Source: Nitrospinota bacterium (GTDB lineage Bacteria > Nitrospinota_A > UBA7883). Taken from it: DNA of 64,000 bases. The number at the start of each line of letters is the position of its first letter. Positions within the stretch are counted from its first letter, which is position 1. The DNA is taken from the NCBI GenBank assembly GCA_965223725.1, contig CBDCXE010000003.1:156689-220688 (forward strand), written 5' to 3'. Position numbers and translations under genes: made by a program. Of this stretch, positions 8,378 to 17,889 are shown piece after piece. The notes under the pieces are model-generated. The model did no database searches. It worked only from the letters and a program-made list of their open reading frames with translations, and had not been told where the DNA came from.

Positions 8378-9355
8378 ATGAGCATGCAGGAAGGGGCCAC
8401 AACCATTCGACCGGGGCACAAGTTTGCCGCTATACTTTTCTGTTGCTCCATCACCTTGATGCTATCCACCACAGATGTGGCGCAAAGCGCCGGCAGGGAT
8501 TCCACATTGATAATAGGTCAGGTCTCCTCCAACCCGAAAGATGATTATCATAAGCTTAAACCTGTTGTTGATTACACAGTTTCGCATATGGCTGATCTGG
8601 GTATCACAGAAGGTAAAGTTGTGATGGCAAAGGATAACTTACAACTTGTTGAATATATACGTGAGGGGAAGGTGGACTGGGTGACGCAGCCGCCCTTCTC
8701 CGCCATGATCTGCATGGAAGAAACAGGCGCGGAGATCATTTTGCGCAGGTGGATAGAAGGCGCGCCCGATAACTATTCAATTATCTTTACCCATAAAGAT
8801 AACAAAGTAAAATCGCTCGATTTTCTGAAGGGTAGGACTATAGCTTATAAGGACCCAGGCTCCACAGCGTCATACCTGGCGCCCATGGCGGAGCTTCGTA
8901 TGAATGGAATTGAATCGGCGCCCCTTAAAAGCGTGAATAGTAAACCAATGCCCGAAAAGGCAGGATATGTTTTCGCCGGTTCTGATTTGAATATAGCGGC
9001 ATGGGTGCGCGACAAAAAAGTAAACGCAGGGGCCATGAGCAACGTAGATTATATCAACATGAAAAAAAGCCTGGGCCCATGGCAGAAGGATATGAAAATA
9101 GTGTATGAAACTGCTCCGTTCCCGGCGGCGTTGGAGATGGTAAGACGAGACCTGGACCCAAACATCAAGCGGAGGCTGACGCAAACCTTGCTGGGCGCCC
9201 ATCGAGACAAAGCCGCCGGCGCTGCCATTGCAGCCTATAATAGTACATCCAAATTTGAAAAAGTTGACCAGGGCCTGAAGCAAAAGCTGGATGATCTGGG
9301 TCAGTTTGTTAATCTGATCCGCCCAGAAATAAAAATCAGCCGGCAGAATCTATGA
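8378..9355 (+). CDS. periplasmic phosphonate-binding-like (PhnD/SsuA family) substrate-binding domain protein
   Basis: Signal peptide then PhnD-like fold (DLKGRTIAYKDPGSTASYLAP); the ORF-track start at 8252 lies inside the tRNA-Sec gene, so the true start is downstream (ATG 8345, 8378 or 8384). Confidence 0.65.
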   Translation: MSMQEGATTIRPGHKFAAILFCCSITLMLSTTDVAQSAGRDSTLIIGQVSSNPKDDYHKLKPVVDYTVSHMADLGITEGKVVMAKDNLQLVEYIREGKVDWVTQPPFSAMICMEETGAEIILRRWIEGAPDNYSIIFTHKDNKVKSLDFLKGRTIAYKDPGSTASYLAPMAELRMNGIESAPLKSVNSKPMPEKAGYVFAGSDLNIAAWVRDKKVNAGAMSNVDYINMKKSLGPWQKDMKIVYETAPFPAALEMVRRDLDPNIKRRLTQTLLGAHRDKAAGAAIAAYNSTSKFEKVDQGLKQKLDDLGQFVNLIRPEIKISRQNL

Positions 9356-11154
9356 AGTCACTAAAGGCGCAGTTTTCAATTGCATTGGCTATATTCATAG
9401 TCATTGCCATTACGCTATTGGTCATGTTAAACATGGTCAATCTGAAATCCACAATCAGCCAAGCAAACAAACTGACATCTGAGCAAACGCAAAACAGCCT
9501 GGCAGAGCAATTCAAATCGAAGGCGGACACAATGGCTGCATTGATTACCGATGATGTAGCAAACCACCTTTACCATACCGATTATAGCGGAATCGACCGA
9601 ACCATGACCCGCGCGCTGAATATAAAGGATATATCGGCAGTTCAGCTGTTCGATGGCAGCGGGAACCTGATCTATGACGGTGTAGAAAAATTTCTGGTCA
9701 AGGATAAAACCGCCAACCGTGAAACGAACCTGCGTGTCATTGAATCAAAAAAACGTGAATTGAGGGTGAAGGATAATCTTCTGGAAGTCACCAGTCCGGT
9801 ATTGATTGGCGAGGATGCCATCGGAGGAGTAAGAGCCACTTTTTCCATGGCTGACATGAACCACAATATCAAAAAATTAACCCGCAACATCAGTAGCATC
9901 AGCGACGAACAGTATAACAGCAGCCTGGCTGACATCGCCGCCATAGCGCTTGCTGCTTCGCTTCTGGTCATATTCGCGCTGGTGATACTACTCAATCGAT
10001 TACTGGACCCGATCGCCTCCCTTGCCGACGCGACAAACAGGATGGATAAGGGCGAGTATAGCGTGAACCTGCCTGTAGAGCGGCGCGATGAAGTTGGCCA
10101 ACTGGCAGAGACATATACGAAAATGCGCAAAGAGATATGGGATCATAAGATCAGCATGGGAAAACAAGAAGAGGAGCTTGAGCGAAAAGCAAGTCTACGA
10201 ATCGAGGAGCTGTTAAAAAAAACGACGGAACTGGAATCGACCCAGCAGACGCTGTTGCACGCTTCCCGGAAATATGAGGAGCTGTTTAATATCAGCAATA
10301 GCTTGCTGATGAATTGTCCTGTGGGGATACTTCGCATTAACAAGGAGCTGGAGGTGGTTTACCTGAACAATGAAATGGAAAGGTTATTGTGCGAGGAAAC
10401 CGGTGTGGGGTCAGACTTTACAGCGATGAAGATCATGAAGATTCCACAGTTCCAGTCTACGGCGTTCGCAAATGCGCTGATATCGATGGAAGATGGAAAC
10501 GAAACGGTGGTTGAGAACAAATTTCTCTCACGGTTTGGCAAAGAGATATACTTGTCACTGAAGTGTACCCCGGTAATGGAGAATGGCCGGTTTGACGGAG
10601 CGGTTATATTTGTAACCGACATAACGGAATCGAGGCGGGTTGAAGAAGGTTTGCGTCGGGCCAAAGAGGAAGCGGAAAAGAAAAGCATGATGAAAAGCGA
10701 GCTGTTGGTCAATATGGGTCACGACTCTCTTCAACCTCGAAAAAACAGTTTTGCTGGTATTGCTGATGACACAGATAGAATATTCAATATAATGCTGGTG
10801 GGCGATTTCCAGCTAAATGACCAATCACCAAAAACCGCTCTTGAAGAGCTGGGCCATAAAGTTGCGGAAGTCGATACCGGCATGGAAGCTGTGGAAAAAT
10901 GGGAAAATGGTGATTTCGACGCGTTGCTGATGGATGGGGATATGCCGTTTTCCAGCGGCATCGACGCGACCATGCTGATCCGGTTCAAGGAGAAGTCGCC
11001 CATCAACAGGACAGTAATTATTGGCGCCACTGTGGATAAAAGAGATACGCAAAAATATCTCAGCTCCGGTATGGACGATCATTTACAAAAGCCTGTCGAC
11101 ATCGACCTGCTTATCCAGACAATAGACCTCCATACGCGAGACCGCCAGAATTGA
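9352..11154 (+). CDS. membrane sensor protein with HAMP, PAS, HisKA-like and receiver domains (no HATPase domain)
   Basis: N-terminal TM plus extracytoplasmic region and a second TM followed by HAMP (DPIASLADATNRMDKGEY), a PAS-like region, HisKA-like SELLVNMGHDSL, then REC (ALLMDGDMP...GMDDHLQKPV); start overlaps the stop of the upstream SBP gene (ATGA). Confidence 0.7.
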   Translation: MKSLKAQFSIALAIFIVIAITLLVMLNMVNLKSTISQANKLTSEQTQNSLAEQFKSKADTMAALITDDVANHLYHTDYSGIDRTMTRALNIKDISAVQLFDGSGNLIYDGVEKFLVKDKTANRETNLRVIESKKRELRVKDNLLEVTSPVLIGEDAIGGVRATFSMADMNHNIKKLTRNISSISDEQYNSSLADIAAIALAASLLVIFALVILLNRLLDPIASLADATNRMDKGEYSVNLPVERRDEVGQLAETYTKMRKEIWDHKISMGKQEEELERKASLRIEELLKKTTELESTQQTLLHASRKYEELFNISNSLLMNCPVGILRINKELEVVYLNNEMERLLCEETGVGSDFTAMKIMKIPQFQSTAFANALISMEDGNETVVENKFLSRFGKEIYLSLKCTPVMENGRFDGAVIFVTDITESRRVEEGLRRAKEEAEKKSMMKSELLVNMGHDSLQPRKNSFAGIADDTDRIFNIMLVGDFQLNDQSPKTALEELGHKVAEVDTGMEAVEKWENGDFDALLMDGDMPFSSGIDATMLIRFKEKSPINRTVIIGATVDKRDTQKYLSSGMDDHLQKPVDIDLLIQTIDLHTRDRQN

Positions 11155-11300
11155 TCGACCGCTAAATTCTGTTTGACTGCATAATGCATGGTTTGTCGCC
11201 AGGCCAGGCAGGTTATCTTATTATACAATCCCGATTTGAAAAGATTGTTTCGAAAAGCGCAACTGCTTTATACTGATCTGGAAAGGAAAAATATTACGAC

Positions 11301-12608
11301 ATGAATCAAAAACAGAGACTTAAAGTAGGCATACTGGTGGGCGGTGGGCCAGCGCCAGGTATAAACAGTGTTATCAGGGCGGCCACGATCAAGCTGCAAA
11401 ACCATTGCATAGAGGTGGTGGGTATATACGACGGATTTACCAGCCTTATGCAAAAAGATATAACTAACGTAAAATATTTGACCATAGAAGATGTGAGCGC
11501 GATCCACTTTGAGGGTGGCTCTGTGTTGCGCACGGCGCGCGCCAACCCGACCAAACGTAGAGAAGATATGGAAAATGTTCTCGACAGCCTGGCTCGGCTC
11601 AAAATTAACTGTCTGATCACCATCGGCGGGGATGATACCTGTTTCACAGCACACACCATCGCCAAGGAGGCGGAGGGTAGTATCCAGGTGATCCATGTGC
11701 CTAAAACCATCGATAATGACATCAATCTTCCATTCGGCATACGCACATTTGGCTTCGCGTCGGCCCGCAGTTTTGGTGTGAACATTGTCAAAAGCATAAT
11801 GAATGACGCCAAAACCACAGGCCGATGGTATTTCATTATCGCCATGGGCCGGAAGGCGGGGCACCTCGCGCTCGGTATCGGCAGCCCTGCGGGCGCTACA
11901 ATTACTGTTATCCCGGAGGAGTGCAAATCGCCGAAGCTCGATTTCCAATGGCTCACTGATACGCTCATTGGGTCTGTCCTCAAACGTAAAGCGGCCGGGC
12001 GCAACTATGGGGTGGCTATCCTGGCGGAAGGTCTGGCGGAAAAGCTGACAACCGAGGAGCTGGCTGATATGGGCCAGCTGGAATATGACGAGCATGGCCA
12101 TCCCCGGCTGGCCGAGATTGATTTTGGCAAGGTTATTAAAACAAAGGTACGGGAAGAGCTGGCAGAGATGGGTGTGAAAATTACGATCGTTGACAAGGAT
12201 ATCGGCTATGAATTGCGTTGTGTGGATCCTGTGCCGTTCGATATGGAGTATACAAAAGAGCTGGGATTCGCCGCCGCCAAACATGCCATCCTGGGTGGAT
12301 CGGGCGACATGGTGTCGATCCAGGACGGAAAATTTGTCCCTATACCGTTTTACGCAATAATGGATCCTGGTACCGGAAAAACAAAGGTGCGTATGGTTGA
12401 TATCCGATCTGAAGCCTACGAAATGGCGCTGGAGTATATGATACGCCTGATACCTGCTGATTTTAAAGATCAGAAAAAAGTGGAGCAGCTGGCCCAGAGC
12501 GCAAATATGAATGTGGATGAGTTCCGGGAACGGTTCGAGCCGGTGGCGGCCAGGTTTGAAGGGCAGTCAACTTTGGAAAGCTACATGCAGCCGGTGGAGA
12601 TGGATTAA
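11301..12608 (+). CDS. pfp: 6-phosphofructokinase, probably pyrophosphate-dependent
   Basis: PFK family; GGDDT (Asp at the Gly104-equivalent) and PKTIDND (Lys at the Gly124-equivalent) are the diagnostic PPi-PFK residues. Confidence 0.8.
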   Translation: MNQKQRLKVGILVGGGPAPGINSVIRAATIKLQNHCIEVVGIYDGFTSLMQKDITNVKYLTIEDVSAIHFEGGSVLRTARANPTKRREDMENVLDSLARLKINCLITIGGDDTCFTAHTIAKEAEGSIQVIHVPKTIDNDINLPFGIRTFGFASARSFGVNIVKSIMNDAKTTGRWYFIIAMGRKAGHLALGIGSPAGATITVIPEECKSPKLDFQWLTDTLIGSVLKRKAAGRNYGVAILAEGLAEKLTTEELADMGQLEYDEHGHPRLAEIDFGKVIKTKVREELAEMGVKITIVDKDIGYELRCVDPVPFDMEYTKELGFAAAKHAILGGSGDMVSIQDGKFVPIPFYAIMDPGTGKTKVRMVDIRSEAYEMALEYMIRLIPADFKDQKKVEQLAQSANMNVDEFRERFEPVAARFEGQSTLESYMQPVEMD

Positions 12609-12663
12609 AGCCTGGGTTTGATTATCAGGTTGCCCCGGTTTTGTCCGTCATATACATATAGAT

Positions 12664-13818
12664 ATGAAACATAAGCAATTAGTATTATCCATAACCCTGC
12701 TTTTCGTAATGGCGAGCAGTGGCTGCTCCACCACCACAGGTGTGACCGGCGGCGGCCCGACCATGGCCCAGGCGATGAAGGCTGGTTATGACGGGCCGAA
12801 GGCGCGGGTGGCTGTGGTCAGGTTCCTGAACAAAACCGCCCATGGTGGTGGAGAGTTTGGCAGTGGGTTGTCTGATATGCTGATCAGCTCCATGTTTCAA
12901 TCGGATCGTTTTATCATGCTCGACCGGTCCGACCTGGGCGATGTTGTCACCGAGCAGGACTTCGCCGCGGCCGGGCGAATATCGGAAGAGACCGCCGCAG
13001 CCATCGGCCAGATAGAAGGCGCCGACCTGCTGGTCATGGGCTCTGTCACAGAATTTGAGAAGGACCAGATCGGCGTGGGTGGTATCCTCATTGGAATATT
13101 GAGTATAGTAGGGTCTGTGGTGATAGCTTCCAAAAATGACGACGCTCCGCTCGGCGCGGTTACCTATAAGCAATCCCATGTGGCTATGGACCTGAAGGTG
13201 GTGGACGCGCGCACAGGCCGGGTGGTGCACGCTAATAACGTAACAGGAACATATCAGGATTGGGGCGGCGGAATCATCGGCGGCGTGGGCGGCGGCCGGT
13301 CGAGGGTGCCGGTGGGCCTGGGCGGATTCGCCGGGACCGGCGCAGAACAGGCGATCAAAAAGCTGATCAAGGCTTCAGTCGGCGAAATAGTCAAAAACAC
13401 ACCCACCAAATATTATCGGGAAATAACAGAGCCGGTGATCAAGGCAGGTCGGCTGGCCGCCATCTATCCGGTGGCCCTGCCGGACGCCAAGTCGGTCAAC
13501 CTAACGAAGAAAGAAGCGTTGATTATTGATGACGAAGAGAGTTATGGAAAACTGCTGGGCGACCTGGGTGTCGCTCGGGAAGGCGCGCCCGACTTCGACT
13601 GGAAACAAGCCAGGCTGATTGCCACATTCGCCGGGTCAAAAAAGTATTCTGGACATCGCATCGCCGTTGATAAAGCCATCCATCACAAAGACCATCTGGA
13701 AATTCAAATCAGGGAAGTCGAACCGGAAGAGAAAACAGAATTAGCCCACCCGGAAACTCCCTTCGACATCGCCCGTATCCACAACCCCGGCAAACCGATC
13801 CGCATAGTTTGGAAATAA
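12664..13818 (+). CDS. CsgG-family lipoprotein (curli-type secretion channel homologue) with ~120 aa C-terminal extension
   Basis: Lipobox MASSGCS; CsgG core (ARVAVVRFLNKT...LSDMLISSMFQSDRFIMLDRS...LLVMGSVTEF). Confidence 0.7.
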   Translation: MKHKQLVLSITLLFVMASSGCSTTTGVTGGGPTMAQAMKAGYDGPKARVAVVRFLNKTAHGGGEFGSGLSDMLISSMFQSDRFIMLDRSDLGDVVTEQDFAAAGRISEETAAAIGQIEGADLLVMGSVTEFEKDQIGVGGILIGILSIVGSVVIASKNDDAPLGAVTYKQSHVAMDLKVVDARTGRVVHANNVTGTYQDWGGGIIGGVGGGRSRVPVGLGGFAGTGAEQAIKKLIKASVGEIVKNTPTKYYREITEPVIKAGRLAAIYPVALPDAKSVNLTKKEALIIDDEESYGKLLGDLGVAREGAPDFDWKQARLIATFAGSKKYSGHRIAVDKAIHHKDHLEIQIREVEPEEKTELAHPETPFDIARIHNPGKPIRIVWK

Positions 13819-13826
13819 ACTTTTTC

Positions 13827-15005
13827 CTACAACGGCTCTGTTCCTTGGGATAAGATGTTAAGATAGCTGCCGTACACAAATAGTCGGCCTCGTTGCCTTC
13901 CGGTTATTTCTTTTGCAATACCTAACTCAGCAAGATGTCCTAAGGATTTCTGGACTGTTGGCGTGGACAGTTTTAGTTGCTGGGCCGCTCTTGATGCCGA
14001 AGCAACAACTTTCGACTGCAAATAGTGATGCACCCGAAGCGCAGACGCCGCCGGGCGACCCAGCTTTTCTATCTGCCTCCTGTCCTTATCAAACAAATCA
14101 AGAATACTTTTTGCCGCCTCTGCAGCCTGTTCCGAGGTTTCCTTCACACCGATTAGAAAAAATTCCAGCCAGGCTTCCCAATCTCCATGCTCACGAACCC
14201 GTTGAAGCAGATTATAATATTGGCGCCGATTAGTTTTTAAATACAAGCTCAGATAAAGTATTGGCTCCTTTAGCACCCCTTCTGCACATAGCAGAAATGT
14301 GATGAGCAGCCGGCCCAGCCTGCCATTACCATCCAGGAATGGGTGAATACTCTCGAACTGAACATGGATAAGAGCGGCTTTGACCAGAGGCGGCAATCCT
14401 GAACTTTCCTCATATATAAATTTCTCAAGTTCTCCCATGCAATCCAATACCATGTCATCCGGTGGTGGGACAAATATAGCGTTACCTGGCCTTGTGCCAC
14501 CAATCCAGTTCTGGCTACGCCGAAACTTGCCAGGTTGCCTGGTAGCCCCCCTTCCTTTTGAAAGCAGCTTTTCATGGATTTCTTTTATCAAGCGAAGCGA
14601 CAACGGAAACCCACCACGTAACCGTTCCAGTCCATAATCCATTGCTGTGACATAGTTGGAAACTTCTCGCACATCTTCCAGTGGCGCACCAGTCGTTTCT
14701 TCGCTTTCAAACAGCAATAGATCAGACAAGGATGATTGTGTCCCTTCGATCTGGGATGACAATAACGCTTCTTTGCGCACGTAGGTGTATAGGAACAATT
14801 CGGTATCTGGCAGAACTGTGGTAACGCCATCCAGGCGGCCAAGCGCTTGATTGGCCTCTTCCATCAATATATAAAAGCGCTCCAACTTTATCGGTGGGTT
14901 TGGCGGTAATGGATTAGGAATAAATATACGTATAGACTCGCTAGCAACAATTGTTTCTCTGAATCTTCCGGCTCTACGCGAAATGTCGTTAATTCGTTTG
15001 TTCAC
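13827..15005 (-). CDS. Fic family protein (AMPylation/Fic-DOC) with C-terminal winged-helix domain
   Basis: Fic motif HPFLDGNGRLGR; 392 aa; GTG start. Confidence 0.85.
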   Translation of the reverse strand: MNKRINDISRRAGRFRETIVASESIRIFIPNPLPPNPPIKLERFYILMEEANQALGRLDGVTTVLPDTELFLYTYVRKEALLSSQIEGTQSSLSDLLLFESEETTGAPLEDVREVSNYVTAMDYGLERLRGGFPLSLRLIKEIHEKLLSKGRGATRQPGKFRRSQNWIGGTRPGNAIFVPPPDDMVLDCMGELEKFIYEESSGLPPLVKAALIHVQFESIHPFLDGNGRLGRLLITFLLCAEGVLKEPILYLSLYLKTNRRQYYNLLQRVREHGDWEAWLEFFLIGVKETSEQAAEAAKSILDLFDKDRRQIEKLGRPAASALRVHHYLQSKVVASASRAAQQLKLSTPTVQKSLGHLAELGIAKEITGRQRGRLFVYGSYLNILSQGTEPL

Positions 15006-15018
15006 TTATGAAACGATC

Positions 15019-15100
15019 CTTTAATAAGCAATTTCCTTATTAAAGGATAGGCTATTAAACTTTAATAAGCAAGCACCTTATTAAAGAATAGGCTATTAAA
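15019..15100. repeat. 2 x 41-bp tandem repeat, each unit containing a perfect 10-bp inverted repeat CTTTAATAAG-N7-CTTATTAAAG (operator-like), partial third unit follows
   Basis: Read directly from the sequence; units are 37/41 identical; located immediately upstream of the Fic gene start. Confidence 0.7.
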
Positions 15101-15117
15101 CTTTAGTAATCTTCCGC

Positions 15118-15357
15118 CTACGCCCGCGGCTTATATTTCATTTTCATATATCGATCACCCTTGCGCAGCTCGTCTAGCATCTGGTTCAGCCGTTTTTGCT
15201 TGGTCTCCTCCCGCTTGGCGCTGGTTATCCAGCCGATATAGTCGTTTTGCTGGTATGGCGGGCGCTGTCGATATTTTTCCATGAGGCTTTCCGTTTCCAG
15301 CGCGTTACGAACAAACCTGGGCATCGGGTGACGTGGCCGTTTCAACATAAGTGACAA
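15118..15357 (-). CDS. small hypothetical protein (YdeI-like C-terminal motif)
   Basis: 79 aa ORF; C-terminal IGWITSAKREETKQKRLNQMLDEL resembles the YdeI/OmpD-associated family; weak. Confidence 0.35.
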   Translation of the reverse strand: MSLMLKRPRHPMPRFVRNALETESLMEKYRQRPPYQQNDYIGWITSAKREETKQKRLNQMLDELRKGDRYMKMKYKPRA

Positions 15358-15360
15358 ACC

Positions 15361-15918
15361 TTAATAAAAATCGCCGGCGTTTTCCTTGTCGAGCTTGCTC
15401 CAGAACTGGCTGAAGTAGTCGGCGGCGGAGACCACCGACAGGATCATGGCGATCCAGATGCCGACCTGGCCCAGGTAGTGGAACACAATATTGAAATCGA
15501 GGATCAGAAACTCGATGGCGACTATCTCCGCGATCATCTTGTATTTGCCGGAGGCGCCCGCGGCTATGTGGATGCCCTGCGCCGACGCGATCATCCGCAG
15601 GCCGGACACCGCGAACTCCCGCCCGATGATCACCACCACGATCCACGCCGCCACCCTGTCCAGCTCCACCAACGGCACCAGCGCGGCGATGACCAGCAGT
15701 TTATCCGCCACCGGGTCCAACAGCTTGCCCAGCAAAGTCACCTGATTGGTGACCCGCGCCAGATGACCATCCAGCCAGTCGGTGGCGGCGGCCAAGCCGA
15801 ACACGATCGACGCGGCGATGCAAGAGATCAGCGAGGGTGATATGAGAACAAGCACCAGCAGCGGGACGAGGAAAATACGAAAAAGTGTAATTTTGTTAGG
15901 GAGGTTCAGGCCGTGCAT
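15361..15918 (-). CDS. pgsA: CDP-diacylglycerol--glycerol-3-phosphate 3-phosphatidyltransferase
   Basis: CDP-alcohol phosphatidyltransferase motif DWLDGHLARVTNQVTLLGKLLDPVADK; multiple TM helices. Confidence 0.85.
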   Translation of the reverse strand: MHGLNLPNKITLFRIFLVPLLVLVLISPSLISCIAASIVFGLAAATDWLDGHLARVTNQVTLLGKLLDPVADKLLVIAALVPLVELDRVAAWIVVVIIGREFAVSGLRMIASAQGIHIAAGASGKYKMIAEIVAIEFLILDFNIVFHYLGQVGIWIAMILSVVSAADYFSQFWSKLDKENAGDFY

Positions 15919-15976
15919 AGAGCCCTCTGGTTAATGAACCTGGTAAAAGTCGCTTCAAACAAGAGAAGTTTCGGAA

Positions 15977-16906
15977 CTACTCTTCCAGTATATATCGGTA
16001 TGGGTTGACCGGCACACCGTTCAACAGCACCTCGTAATGCAGGTGCGGGCCGGTCGATCGGCCGGTGTTGCCCACCAAGGCCACCTTTTCGCCCCGCTTA
16101 ACCCGTTGACCAACCTCTACAAGGCTCTTGGAACAATGCCCATAACGGGTGACAACACCATATCCATGGTCTACTTCCACCATCTTGCCGTATCCGCCAT
16201 GATACCCGACACGGATAACCACCCCATTGGCAGGGGCCAGTATAGGCGAGTTCATCTGTGTGGCGACGTCAAGACCTTCATGCATCTCCCGCAGACCGGT
16301 GAATGGCGATTTGCGATAGCCAAACGCCGAAGTCACCCAACCTCGGGCGGGCCAGATCGATGGAGTGTGCGACAGCAACGAGGACTGCTCCTTGAAAAAC
16401 TCGTCCAGCTCGAAAAAGCTGATCTCCTGATTTTCCGCCCTTTCATTCATCAGATCGACTTCCTGGTTCAAAGAGTCGATAAGCGACTGGGTATATTGCC
16501 TGGAAGCGGAGGAGAAATTGACCATAGTGTCTTTCTCTGGGCCGCCGGAGCCGAAATCTTTATCTTTTTCTGGTTGACTCTCCAGAGCGGTGATAACGCG
16601 CAGTTTCTTGTCAAACTGTTCCAACCGAATCAGCTGCGCTTCTAACTGTTTAAGTTTTTGTGTAAATTTCTGAAATTCTTTTTTGTGGGTGGATGATACG
16701 CCTTGTAACGACTTAAGCTCTTCCAGGCCCTGGCTTTTATCAAGGATATAATTGGAGAAATAGCCAAAACCAAAAATGGATACCAGCCCCACAAGGAGAA
16801 TACCTTTAACTACAATTTTTGAAACAGATATTCGCTTGAATTCGCCAGTAACGTCAGGAATAAAAATGAAAGTGTATTTATCTTTAGCGAACAAAACATC
16901 CCCCAA
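15977..16906 (-). CDS. M23 family metallopeptidase (murein endopeptidase, coiled-coil N-terminus)
   Basis: HEGLD...GNTGRSTGPHLHYEV LytM/M23 motifs; N-terminal TM plus coiled coil. Confidence 0.85.
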   Translation of the reverse strand: MGDVLFAKDKYTFIFIPDVTGEFKRISVSKIVVKGILLVGLVSIFGFGYFSNYILDKSQGLEELKSLQGVSSTHKKEFQKFTQKLKQLEAQLIRLEQFDKKLRVITALESQPEKDKDFGSGGPEKDTMVNFSSASRQYTQSLIDSLNQEVDLMNERAENQEISFFELDEFFKEQSSLLSHTPSIWPARGWVTSAFGYRKSPFTGLREMHEGLDVATQMNSPILAPANGVVIRVGYHGGYGKMVEVDHGYGVVTRYGHCSKSLVEVGQRVKRGEKVALVGNTGRSTGPHLHYEVLLNGVPVNPYRYILEE

Positions 16907-17100
16907 AATTAACGGTAGCAGATAGACAAACCGTTTGAACTAGCACGATTTAATTTCTTCCCCAATAAAACAACGGTCTACAGGTCATTGCCGGTCATAT
17001 GGTCAAAAATCGACTGCATGGGCAGTATTTTTCAATAGAATACGGGTAAATCAGCCTAAAAGTCATTAACGTTGATTTATATCTGTTTTCAAATGTCGCG

Positions 17101-17604
17101 TCAAGGTTTTTTTGTGGTTTTTGACGACCGCTTTTGCCTGGGCGCCGCCTTGTCTTTTAATATATAAGTCGAGTCGAGGGAAATGTACCTGTCAGCGGCG
17201 TCTTTCATCATATCCGCGCACGTTTCCGGGAACGACCAGACCTCCACTTTGCAGCCCCGGTTTTTCAGATACCAGACCAGCGGAAGATAATCCTTGTCGC
17301 CGGCCACTATTATCGCCACATCCAGCTTTTCAGACAGGGTGACCGCGTCTATGGTCAGCCAGGCGTCGGCGTTTTTGACCGGTTGCTTTATTTCTCCCCC
17401 CAGCCCTTGCCAGAATCTTTTGAAATCCTCGCTGATGTTCTTGTGGATCGGTTTGTAATAGATGATCCGGGTCACTTCCCGCTGGCCGATTTCATCGATC
17501 AGCATCGCATAGTTAAACCGGCCTCCATGCAGGTTATACCCCGCCAGCTCGATATTCTCCGCGTCGATCAGGACGCCCACCTTCTGATAAACCAAATGTG
17601 ACAT
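17101..17604 (-). CDS. NYN-domain (LabA-like, PIN-related) protein
   Basis: VGVLIDAENI ... VAIIVAGDKDYLPLVWYLKNRGCKVEVW, typical NYN/LabA. Confidence 0.65.
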   Translation of the reverse strand: MSHLVYQKVGVLIDAENIELAGYNLHGGRFNYAMLIDEIGQREVTRIIYYKPIHKNISEDFKRFWQGLGGEIKQPVKNADAWLTIDAVTLSEKLDVAIIVAGDKDYLPLVWYLKNRGCKVEVWSFPETCADMMKDAADRYISLDSTYILKDKAAPRQKRSSKTTKKP

Positions 17605-17889
17605 ATAAATTCTAATCCTTAAAATTCGGGGCTATAGAACCCCTAGGGTCGTAAACCCCCTGGGTCATGGACCCCATAAAATAACTTGCGGCATTCAGGC
17701 AACGGCTCATCTTACCAGCTTTTGTCATATAAACCTTCAAAAATATTGCTTGGTAAAGCGGCAACCAGGCATAATCAGATAGCCACTATCTATTTGCCAC
17801 CATAACGGTCGGGTGCTATATTGATTTGGATCGATGTACGTCGGATCACAGTTTTATAAATAATTCCAGGTTAACAAGGTAGCGTCGCT

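Noticed and set aside
11268-12284. 338-aa and 232-aa ORFs antisense to the phosphofructokinase gene
   Set aside because: Opposite strand of a strongly supported PFK gene; no motifs or RBS.
16037-16645. 202-aa ORF antisense to the M23 peptidase gene
   Set aside because: Contained within a well-supported gene on the other strand.
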